A DNA stretch of 64,000 bases. It comes from Convolutriloba macropyga. Taxonomy: Eukaryota. The stretch spans positions 5,828,001 to 5,892,000 of the forward strand of contig NC_134468.1 in NCBI RefSeq assembly GCF_964194025.1. The letters run 5' to 3'. Of this stretch, positions 38,301 to 50,235 are shown one piece after another. Position 1 is the first letter of the stretch, and each line of letters begins with the position of its first letter. Under the pieces are notes generated by a model, which saw only the letters and a list, made by a program, of their open reading frames with translations, was not told the origin of the DNA and searched no databases. A program made the translations under genes and the position numbers.

Positions 38301-41300
38301 CCTTCCGGTACCTGTCCAGGGTTTCAAAAATTGCAATTTAATGGGATGAGGTCTTGCATGTCAGTACACCAGACAATTTCGCGAAAAGGCTTGCCACAAG
38401 TTTGGAAACTAAAGGGCAGTATGAAGTTCACTGCTACCAACACTACGAACCTCTTTCAATGAACAGCTAATTAACTGTTGTTGGCAAACGTCCTTCAATG
38501 AATGAGCTATTGAACTGTTTTTATGTTAAATTATGCTGATGTGACACATTGCATTTAACTATTAGCTGCTCATTGCTTTCCAGTGTATTTTTGCATTTCA
38601 AAGCGTCCGCTTTTCTCAAATATCCTACCCCCAAAATCCGTCAGACCACTCCCATCCGGCTCCCGCACGACTTAGATACACATAGACACATAGACATAAA
38701 TGCATACAATATTTCATAATTGCATACAATATTTCATAATTGCATACAATGTACAAACAAACTCAAACACTCGCTCCAAACACAAAAGTCTGAACCTCCA
38801 TAACTTTTTGGGTTACAAAAGCACCAGCACCAGCTTAGGGTACTTCGAGGAGAATTCGGTCAGAAGGATGAAACATCTTGAATTATAACTTAAAGTTATA
38901 AAGAAGGTAAATTCGGTCAGGAGTATGAAACACATCTTCAGTTGTTAATCTATTTTGAAAAAGGAGGCGTATTCCTTATGAGCGCATTCGTTCAAAGTAT
39001 TTGATGAAGTCTTGCATGTCAAAAACATATACTGGTTATTGCGTAAGCACAGATTCGGCTCATGAAATAACGTGAGGCAGCCTAAATAACGCGAGTAAAC
39101 CAGTCTTTAATCGTTTTACAGTCTGCCCCTGGATGAAAAATGAACATCATACTGGTCATTTGAATTCTAACTTTTAAATTTTCTAGGCTAATTTTGCTCA
39201 CCTATCTTTCTCCAATGTTGTTTTCCTGTTCGCTGCTTCCGCAGTCCATAATCATCACTGTTGAGAAACTCTTTGAGTCGAGTATTTAGGGGTCAATATT
39301 TAAACCGATAAAGTATAAGAAGTTGAGTTGAACAGCATAATAGTCTCCCTCAGAGTACCATTAGATTCTGAAATTTTCTTCCTTAGATCACTAATCTCCA
39401 CTTCAGTGTTGACGGTTTTCACAACACTTTGTTACACGTGAAAGATGGCAAGTTCGACCTCTTTTTTGCTGTTGTCGAAAATTTTCTTAATACGTCTGCA
39501 ATGACGATACGGCAAACTTGGTATTCATCATAGTGAAAAAACATGAAAGCTAAATAGGTGCAAAAAACTAAAAGCAGCAATAGGTGAGAGCTTTGGATAT
39601 AACATTTTGAGCCGAGGTCTGAGACAGTGACGCGAACAATTTTCATGCCTTCCGGTACCTGTCCAGGGTTTCAAAAATTGCAATTTAATGGGATGAGGTC
39701 TTGCATGTCAGTACACCAGACAATTTCGCGAAAAGGCTTGCCACAAGTTTGGAAACTAAAGGGCAGTATGAAGTTCACTGCTACCAACACTACGAACCTC
39801 TTTCAATGAACAGCTAATTAACTGTTGTTGGCAAACGTCCTTCAATGAATGAGCTATTGAACTGTTTTTATGTTAAATTATGCTGATGTGACACATTGCA
39901 TTTAACTATTAGCTGCTCATTGCTTTCCAGTGTATTTTTGCATTTCAAAGCGTCCGCTTTTCTCAAATATCCTACCCCCAAAATCCGTCAGACCACTACC
40001 ATCCGGCTCCCGCACGACTTAGATACACATAGACACATAGACATAAATGCATACAATATTTCATAATTGCATACAATATTTCATAATTGCATACAATGTA
40101 CAAACAAACTCAAACACTCGCTCCAAACACAAAAGTCTGAACCTCCATAACTTTTTGGGTTACAAAAGCACCAGCACCAGCTTAGGGTACTTCGAGGAGA
40201 ATTCGGTCAGAAGGATGAAACATCTTGAATTATAACTTGAAGTTATGAAGAAGGTAAATTCGGTCAGGAGTATGAAACACATCTTCAGTTGTTAATCGAT
40301 TTTGAAAAAGGAGGCGTATTCCTTATGAGCGCATTCGTTCAAAGTATTTGATGAAGTCTTGCATGTCGAAAACATATACTGGTTATTGCGTAAGCACAGA
40401 TTCGGCTCATGAAATAGCGTGAGGCAGCCTAAATAACGTGAGGAAGCCAGTCTTTAATCGTTATACAATCTGCCCCTGGATGAAAAATGAACATCATACT
40501 GGTCATTTGAATTCTAACTTCTAAATTCTCTAGGCTAATTTTCCTCACCTATCTTTCTCCTCCAATGTTGTTTTCTTGTTCGCTGCTTCCGCAGTCCAAA
40601 ATCCTCACTGTTGAGAAACCCTTTGAGTCGAGTATTTAGGGGTCAATATTTAAACCGATAAAGTTTAAGAAGCTGAGTTGAACAGCATAATAATCCCCCT
40701 CAGGCTGCCATTAGATTCTGAAATCTTCTTCCTTAGATCGCGAATCTCCGCTTCAGTGTTGACGGTTTTCACAACACTTTGTTACACGTGAAAGATGGCA
40801 AGTTCGACCTCTTTTTTGCTGTTGTCGAAAATTTTCTTAATACGTCTGCAATGACGATACGGCAAACTTGGTATTCATCATAGTGAAAAAACATGAAAGC
40901 TAAATAGGTGCAAAAAACTAAAAGCAGCAATAGGTGAGAGCTTTGGATATAACATTTTGAGCCGAGGTCTGAGACAGTGACGCGAACAATTTTCATGCCT
41001 TCCGGTACCTGTCCAGGGTTTCAAAAATTGCACTTTAATGGGATGAGGTCTTGCATGTCAGTACACCAGACAATTTCGCGAAAAGGCTTGCCACAAGTTT
41101 GGAAACTAAAGGGCAGTATGAAGTTCACTGCTACCAACACTACGAACCTCTTTCAATGAACAGCTAATTAACTGTTGTTGGCAAACGTCCTTCAATGAAT
41201 GAGCTATTGAACTGTTTTTATGTTAAATTATGCTGATGTGACACATTGCATTTACTTAACTATTAGCTGCTCATTGCTTTCCAGTGTATTTTTGCATTTC

Positions 41301-44300
41301 AATGCGTCCGCTTTTCTCAAATATCCTACCCCCAAAATCCGTCAGACCACTACCATCCGGCTCCCGCACGACTTAGATACACATAGACACATAGACATAA
41401 ATGCATACAATATTTCATAATTGCATACAATATTTCATAATTGCATACAATGTACAAACAAACTCAAACACTCGCTCCAAACACAAAAGTCTGAACCTCC
41501 ATAACTTTTTGGGTTACAAAAGCACCAGCACCAGCTTAGGGTACTTCGAGGAGAATTCGGTCAGAAGGATGAAACATCTTGAATTATAACTTGAAGTTAT
41601 GAAGAAGGTAAATTCGGTCAGGAGTATGAAACACATCTTCAGTTGTTAATCGATTTTGAAAAAGGAGGCGTATTCCTTATGAGCGCATTCGTTCAAAGTA
41701 TTTGATGAAGTCTTGCATGTCGAAAACATATACTGGTTATTGCGTAAGCACAGATTCGGCTCATGAAATAGCGTGAGGCAGCCTAAATAACGTGAGGAAG
41801 CCAGTCTTTAATCGTTATACAATCTGCCCCTGGATGAAAAATGAACATCATACTGGTCATTTGAATTCTAACTTTTAAATTCTCTAGGCTAATTTTCCTC
41901 ACCTATCTTTCTCCTCCAATGTTGTTTTCTTGTTCGCTGCTTCCGCAGTCCAAAATCCTCACTGTTGAGAAACCCTCTGAGTCGAGTATTTAGGGGTCAA
42001 TATTTAAACCGATAAAGTTTAAGAAGCTGAGTTGAACAGCATAATAATCCCCCTCAGGCTGCCATTAGATTCTGAAATCTTCTTCCTTAGATCGCGAATC
42101 TCCGCTTCAGTGTTGACGGTTTTCACAACACTTTGTTACACGTGAAAGATGGCAAGTTCGACCTCTTTGTTGCAGTCGTCGAAAATTTTCTTAATACATC
42201 TGCAATGACGATACAGCAAACGTGGTATTCATCATAGTGAAAAAACAAAGCGAAAAACTAAAAGCAGCAATAGGTAAGAGCTTTCGATATAACATTTTGA
42301 GCCGAGGTCTGAGACACAGTGACGCGAACAATTTTCATGCCTTCCGGTACCTGTCCAGGGTTTCAAAAATTCCACTTTAATGTGATCAGGTCTTGCACGT
42401 CAGTACACCAGACAATTTCACGAAAAGGCTTGCAACATGTTTGGAAACAAAAGGGCAGTATGAAGTTCACTGCTACCAACACTACGAACCTTTTTCAATG
42501 AACAGCTAATTAACTGTTGTTGGCAAACGTCCTTCAATGAATGAGCTATTGAACTGTTTTTATGTTAAATTATGCTGATGTGACACATTGCATGTACTTA
42601 ACTATTAGCTGCTCATTGCTTTGCAGTGTATTTTTGCATTTCAAAGCGTCCGCTTTTATCAAATATCTTACCAACAAAATCCGTCAGACCACTCCCATCC
42701 GGCTCCCGCACGACTTAGATGCACATAGACATAAATGCATACAATATTTCATAATTGCATACAATATTTCATAATTGCATACAATGTACAAACAAACTCA
42801 AACACTTGCTCCAAACACAGAAGTCTACCTCCATAACTTTTTGGGTTACAAAAGCACCAGCTTAGGGTACTTCGAGAATTGGGTCAGAAGGATGAAACAT
42901 CTTGAATTATAACTCGAAGTTATAAAGAAGGTAAATTCGGTCAGGAGTATGAAACACATCTTCAGTTGTTAATCGATTTTGAAAAAGGAGGCGTATTCTT
43001 TTTGAGCGCATTCGTTCAAAGTGTTTGATGAAGTTTTGCATGTCCAAAACATATACTGGTTATTGTGTAAGCACAGATTCGGCTCGTGAAATAACGTGAG
43101 GCAGCCTAAATAACGTGAGGAAGCCAGTCTTTAATCGTTATACAATCTGCCCCTGGATGAGAAATGAACATCATACTGGTCATTTGAATTCTAACTTTTA
43201 ATTTCTCTTGGCTAATGTTGCTCACCTATCTTTCTCCTCCAATGTTGTTTTCTTGTTCGCTGCTTCCGCTGTCCAAAATCCTCACTGTTGAGAAACTCTT
43301 TGAGTCGAGTATTTAGGGGTCAATATTTAAACCGATAAAGTTTAAGAAGCTGAGTTGAACAGCATAATAATCACCCTCAGGCTACCATTAGATTCTGAAA
43401 TCTTCTTCCTTAGATCGCGAATCTCCGCTGCAGTGTTGACGGTTTTCACAACACTTTGTTACACGTGAAAGATGGCAAGTTCGACCTCTTTGTTGCTGTT
43501 GTCGAAAATTTTCTTAATACATCTGCAATGACGATACAGCAAACGTGGTATTCATCATAGTGAAAAAACAAAAGCAAAAAAGTAAAATCAGCATTAGGTA
43601 AGAGCTTTGGAGATAGTATTTTGAGCCGAGGTCTGAGACACAGTGACGCGAACAATTTTCATGCCTTCCGGTACCTGTCCAGGGTTTCAAAAATTGCACT
43701 TTAATGTGATGAGGTCTTGCATGTCAGTACACCAGACAGTTTCACGAAAAGGCTTGCAACATGTTTGGAAACAATGGGGCAGAATGAAGTTCACTGCTAC
43801 CAACACTACGAACCTTTTTCAATGAACAGCTAATTAACTGTTGTTGGCAAACGTCCTTCAATGAATGAGCTATTGAACTGTTTTTATGTTAAATTATGCT
43901 GATGTGACACATTGCATGTACTTAACTATTAGCTGCTCATTGCTTTCCAGTGTATTTTTGCATTTCAAAGCGTCCGCTTTTATCAAATATCTTACCAACA
44001 AAATCCGTCAGACCACTCCCATCCGGCTCCCGCACGACTTAGATGCACATAGACACATAGACATAAATGCATACAATATTTCATAATTGCATACAATATT
44101 TCATAATTGCATACAATGTACAAACAAACTCAAACACTCGCTCCAAACACAGAAGTCTACCTCCATAACTTTTTGGGTTACAAAAGCACCAGCACCAGCT
44201 TAGGGTACTTCGAGAATTGGGTCAGAAGGATGAAACATCTTGAATTATAACTCGAAGTTATAAAGAAGGTAAATTCGGTCAGAAGTGTGAAACACATCTT

Positions 44301-45930
44301 CAGTTGTTAATCGATTTTGAAAAAGTAGGCGTATTCTTTCTGAGCGCATTCGTTCAAAGTGTTTGATGAAGTTTTGCATGTCAAAAACATATACTGGTTA
44401 TTGTGTAAGCACAGATTCGGCTCGTGAAATAACGTGAGGCAGCCTAAATAACGTGAGGAAGCCAGTCTTTAATCGTTATACAATCTGCCCCTGGATGAGA
44501 AATGAACATCATACTGGTCATTTGAATTCTAAATTCTCTAGGCTAATTTTGCTCACCTATCTTTCTCCTCCAATGTTGTTTTCTTGTTCGCTGCTTCCAC
44601 TGTCCAAAATCCTCACTGTTGAGAAACTCTTTGAGTCGAGTATTTAGGGGTCAGTATTTAAACCGATAAAGTTTAAGAAGCTGAGTTGAACAGCATAATA
44701 ATCCCCCTCAGGCTACCATTAGATTCTGAAATCCTCTTCCTTAGATCGCGAATCTCCGCTTCAGTGTTGACGGTTTTCACAACACTTTGTTACACGTGAA
44801 AGATGGCAAGTTCGACCTCTTTGTTGCTGTTGTCGAAAATTTTCTTAATACATCTGAAATGACGATACAGCAAACGTGGTATTCATCATAGTGAAAAAAC
44901 AAAAGCAAAAAAGTAAAATCAGCAATAGGTAAGAGCTTTGGAGATAGCATTTTGAGCCGAGGTCTGAGACACAGTGACGCGAACAACTTTCATGCCTTCC
45001 GGTACCTGTCCAGGGTTTCAAAAATTGCACTTTAATGTGATGAGGTCTTGCATGGCAGTACCAGACTATTTCACAAAAAGGCATGCAACGAATTTGGAAA
45101 CAAAAGGCCAGTATGAAGTTCAATGCTACCAACTCTACGAACATTTTTCAATGAACAGCTAATTAACTGTTGTTTGCAAACGTCCTTCAATGAATGAGCT
45201 ATTGAACAGTTTTTATGTTAAAATATGCTGATGTGACACATTGCATGTACTTAACTATTAGCTGCTCATTGCTTTCCAGTGTATTTTTGCATTTCAAAGC
45301 GTCCGCTTTTCTCAAATATCTTAACCCCAAAATCCGTCAGACCACTCCCATCCGGCTCCCCGCACGACTTAGATACACATTGACACATAGACATAAATGC
45401 ATACAAAATTTCATAATTGCATACAATATTTCATAATTGCATACAATATTTCATAATTGCATACAATGTACAAACAAACTCAAACACACGCTCCAAACAC
45501 AAAAGTCTGAACCTCCATAACTTTTTGGGTTACAAAAGCACCAGCACCATCTTAAGGTACTTCGGGGAGAATTCGGTCAGAAGGATGAAACATCTTGAAT
45601 TATAACTCGAAGATATAAAGAAGGTAAATTCGTTCAGGAGTATGAAACATATTCAGTTGTAAATCGATTTTAAAAAAGTAGGCGTATTCCTTATGAGCGC
45701 ATTCGTTCAAAGTATGTGATGAAGTCTTGCATGTCAAAAGCATATACTGGTTATTGCGTAAGCACAGATTCCGCTCATCAAATCACGTGAGGCAGCCTAA
45801 GTAACGTGAGGAAGCCAATCTTTAATCGTTATACAATCTGTCCCTGGATCAGGAATGAACATCATACTGGTCATTTGAATGCTAACTTTTAAATTCTCTA
45901 GGCTAATTTTGCTCTCCTATCTTTCTGCTC
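29390..45930. repeat. Intronic modular macrosatellite, ~11-12 units of 1.3-1.5 kb
   Basis: Shared core (GATCACGAATCTCCACTTCAG...GAATGAGCTATTGAACTG) in every unit. Period ~1.49-1.50 kb on the left (ORF pairs 31056/32550, 34690/36189) and ~1.33-1.35 kb on the right (38072/39419/40769). Confidence 0.96.
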
Positions 45931-48240
45931 AAAGTGCTTTTAAGCAGAAATTGCTCGGCAAATTAATATTGAAATAACCGTGCCAGAATCTGAAAACCCA
46001 TCTGAAAATAAGATACGGGATCAACCCATTTTTAGATGCCCGCTACTTGGACTTTGTTTTCTAAGTCTTAGTAACCCTGTCAAATGCCCATTGGTATGAA
46101 TACTAGCCACTATCCTCTCATTTAAAAAAGCAGTGTTTTTAACTACGGAATGAAATCAAGATAAATCGCACTTTTATAATTTTTTAAATCGAACCAATTT
46201 AGCGTGCGTTTTTTAAGACAATCGCTTTTTTTTGTTTCCTATCCCAATCATGATTGAGGGAATCAATTGCCGTCATTTTCCACCAATTTGCGGGATGTAT
46301 TTGAGACTGCAGATTACAAAGCTATCGCAGCTATTCTTCTGCAATCTGCCAACTATCATTCATCAAAGTGATCATATTAACGCTCTCCCCGTTCGAGCTT
46401 AACTAGAGATGAAACTCTTGGCATTAATTGAATGCTTTTTGGGTTGGGACTTATTGGATTTTGGCACTAATTCAGATTTTTTAATTTAATTTTTGTAAGA
46501 GCAGCCATTTTCTAATTCTTTTTAAATTAATTTCTCTCTATTGTCATTTGAAACCTTCATAGTGATTTTAGTTGCACCCAACCCCCCCCCCCCCCCCCGA
46601 CTGAAGCAGGCTGCATTATTTTAGAGCTCCCACTAGTTCGAGAGCAATTCTTCCGACGTTAGTTTCGTTTCTTAAAGTGAAGAAATGTTTAGTTTCTTAA
46701 AGTGGTCTATTTTTTCCAGCCATTTTTTGTATTTTTCTAGTTACGAACAATTTTTGTGCTTGACTGTAGAATTGAATGTAATTTTTGGCGTCTTAATGCA
46801 GATGTAGAACATTTTTGAGCAATTTAGCCGTTTCTAGTGCATTTCCTTCTGTACTTCAAAGTTAAATTTCAAAGTTGATTGCAATAAAAACCTATTTTTT
46901 GACGATATGTGACTATAGGCGACAAATGACTCCCAAAGCAGTTACCTGGCAGATAGAAGGGTAAACACAACAGAAGCGTCTTTGTTGGCTTATTTATTTC
47001 ATTTCTGCTAATTTTTCTGAGCCTAAAATTTGTTTACAAACATTTTTGAATTGTTTTGGTACCCGCAAAGCGATAGATTTTCTTATCTAGTAGCGGTTCT
47101 ATTTTGTTTTTGACTTCGTCGATTAAAAATTTGTTTTGCTTCACCCTAATTCAGTTTGTTCAACAATATCTTGTGTTGAACCGTTTTGACTTCTCAAGTT
47201 TCACTCTCCTATCTTTCTGCTTAATGATTTTAGCCACCAGAATCTGAGAAATCAAAATGAGAAACAGGATAAAACCCACTTCTAGATGCCCGCTGCTTGA
47301 ACTTTATTCTTATAATTTTTATCTACCATATCTAATACGTATCGATATTGATATGAACCCCCTGTATCTTCTCATTGGGAAGATCCTCTGCAACTACAAA
47401 ATAACATCACAGTGGAGTTCGTTTTTTAAAATGATTTTGTACTAGTTTTTGTTTTTTTTTTAAATTTTCTCTGTACACCAAATTAGAACACTTTTTGACA
47501 CCCAGAAACAAATTCTGTCAATTCCTGTTCTGTCAATTGCTCAAATATGGTTTTTGTCAGTCGCGAATTATCTCTCTTCAAATTGTTTCTGCTCTCCTTA
47601 TGATATATAAAGTCAAATTCGAATAGAAATTGTTTGAGGGAAGAGTTTTTTGGTATATCAGTCTAAATCAATTGAAGAAATCAAAGTGATTAGTAAGGAT
47701 ATTGGTTTTTCTACTGGTTTTTCAGGTATCTGCTAGCTATGTTTTCTTGGATTTTTCCAGCTTTTTTGGTTGGACTCTTTCAATTTCAAGCTGTCCTGAG
47801 AATCAGTAGTAGTTACTTCCGGCAATATACCTTGGTCGATCTAGTTATTGCATAATCTGAAGTGCTCTTATTCGGTAAGTTAATCCAATCTGTAAAAAGC
47901 AGGTTAAGCGTTGCTGAAGCTTACAAATTGTGAGCCAATTATGTATTTAAATGCAAACAAATTACTAACCCGGCGGGCGTGTTTGTTTATTGCATTTGTG
48001 TACCGGCTGTTTAGATAAATATTTAATTTGGAGAGATGAGTTGATATTTCCCTGCTTTCGAACAACGTTTGGAGCAATTATTTCAGCCCTCTGTCTTTTT
48101 CCGCGAAGTTCTTTGACATATTGAAGTTTTCAAAGTCTCTTTTGTGACACTTGATCTCTTGATTTTTGCGTGATCTAAATTGCTCTCGTATACAGTTTTA
48201 AGTTGAACACGCGTGGCAATTGATCCTGCACTCTGTTTTT

Positions 48241-49181
48241 TTATAGCTGCGAAGCTGTAAGCTGAGCGTAGCTATATTGCGGTGCTCTTGGTTTTTTACA
48301 ATTCAAAGAATTTGAATTGTATTGGGACGCTGTCTTTTTACGACTCGAAGAGGAGTATTGGAGAAGTCCTTTTTTTTAATCAATTTTATTGGAGTGATTT
48401 TTGAAGCGGGAAATGAAACGCGTGAAAAAATTTGGAGTGATTTTGGTGCTGAACAAAAGTGAAGAGCGGAGCGAAAAGAGAGTGGTTTTTGTTCATACCG
48501 CTGTTTTTGAGAGAGCGAGAAATTGATGTGTGAAAAAATTTTCTCTAAGCGAGCGAAATTTTTTTTGTTCACGTGCGATATTTTAAAGCAGTTTTTTTCA
48601 TTTATTTTGTTTCAGAGGTTTGATTATGATTTTGTTTTAATTTTAGACTGGTTTCGGTAGTGGTTTGAAGGTTTATGGAAATTCATATGATTTTTATGAT
48701 AATTCGGAGGTTTTTAATGTATTTTGCTGATTTTCGGGCTAATTTTTGCGTTTTCTTAACGATTATTTTGTTTTACTGGTTCAAATGGGTATTGAAGAAA
48801 CCCCTTCTACTTGAGCAACAGCGCGCGTGACGTCATTTCTCACTCGCTTTAGCGGAGGCTTTTAGGTTATTTGCGTGATTAGATTTTGATCATACGTGAT
48901 TTACCTCACTCAATAAAATGACTTCTTCGCTTTAAAACTTAAGTTCAATTTGATTTTGTTTAAGGTCAAAAGAACACATTTGTGCAGTAAAGGTCCCTAA
49001 TAAGAGGCGTCTGCGGAATGAATTTTAACAAGCTTTATTAATTAATCGCTGAACGTTTTTTAGCCTAGTTTTTTGAGCGGAGTCGATTTTTTTTTCAATT
49101 TAGATCTGTGTTTCTATCTCTATTATATGGCACGCAGGTCTATTCTTTCGCAGCTATTCCGGCAATCTGCCGGCTATGTTT
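48241..49181 (+). mobile_element. HINE family A, long variant
   Basis: Same termini as 18148-18673, with ~400 bp of additional internal sequence. Confidence 0.8.
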
Positions 49182-50064
49182 TTGAATTTTATATGCACTT
49201 ATTAAACCACTTTGAATACCTTCATGAACTAAATTTCCCGCGTGGGTTAATCTCTGGAGCCTGCGGGCTGTGTTTAATGTCATCTTCTCAGCCGGTTGTT
49301 GTTGCGCTCACATTTTTATTTTTCTGACAATCAAAGTTTCTGTTTTGCTTCGCCAAGGTTTGTGGCTGTTTTGACACGTTGCGTTAAATGTTTTTGATCT
49401 GTCTTGTTTTTTTAATCTCTCATTCTGCTCAAAGTTGTTAAAGTTATTGCAAAGTAAAGCATTCTATAATGAACAGAGTCTTGACTAATTTTTCGTCTGA
49501 CCTTTTTAAGTTTTCGTCTTCAAAAGTGGGATAAATAGGTACATAGGCCATTAAATGGCTGAGCTGTTCTCTGAACTGTACGCCTTAATAGTCTCTAAGT
49601 ATACGATTAAACAAAAACTGTTTTGAGGAGACAATTTCATGGTGTAAACGTCGGTGCTTAATCTTTGACCCTTAAGTTTGACCCTTAGACCAGGGTTTGA
49701 CCCCCCCCCCCCCTCCTCAACCACTCCCAACACTACCCCGTCCTTCCTCCTCTCCACATGGCGATGTGGGTATTTTCAGTATTTTCATGAAAAAAATGGG
49801 TATTTTCATGAAAAAAATTTATTTCAGTAATGTTAATGAATTTTTGTGTGACTTTTGCGTCAATGACTTTTAGCGTGTTCTAAATTCCTCTCCCATTAAT
49901 AGTTTTGACTAGATGCGGCAACTTACTTCCAGAATTCGAATGTCTGCTTTTCTTTAGAGAGCAATTCGTCCGTTACTGGTCGGTTTTTTAAAAGGTAATC
50001 ACAAAAAGTGAGTAAGATAAAATGTGAATGCCGACGGCATGTAGCAGGATTAAGTTTATTTCAG

Positions 50065-50164
50065 GAGCAAAAACAGCTGATTGAGTCGATGAAGGATTTC
50101 CACAGAAATGCTGCCGTCGACTCCCAATGCAGACTCGCTGAAGAGTGCTACTCACTTCTTATGG
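50065..50164 (+). CDS. CCDC162-like exon 5 (after a 21.7-kb intron)
   Basis: ttatttcag|GAG CAA...ATG G|gtaaga; EQKQLIESMKDFHRNAAVDSQCRLAEECYSLLM; phases fit both neighbours. Confidence 0.85.
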
Positions 50165-50235
50165 GTAAGAGAATTTGAATACTTCGAGTTCGCGCATTTG
50201 AGGTAACAAAAAAGGATGCTTCTGATATTAATTGC

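Noticed and set aside
29634-45605. Tandem family of small genes
   Set aside because: ORFs have non-conserved starts and stops between units, occur on both strands and lie in an intron; they reflect the repeat.
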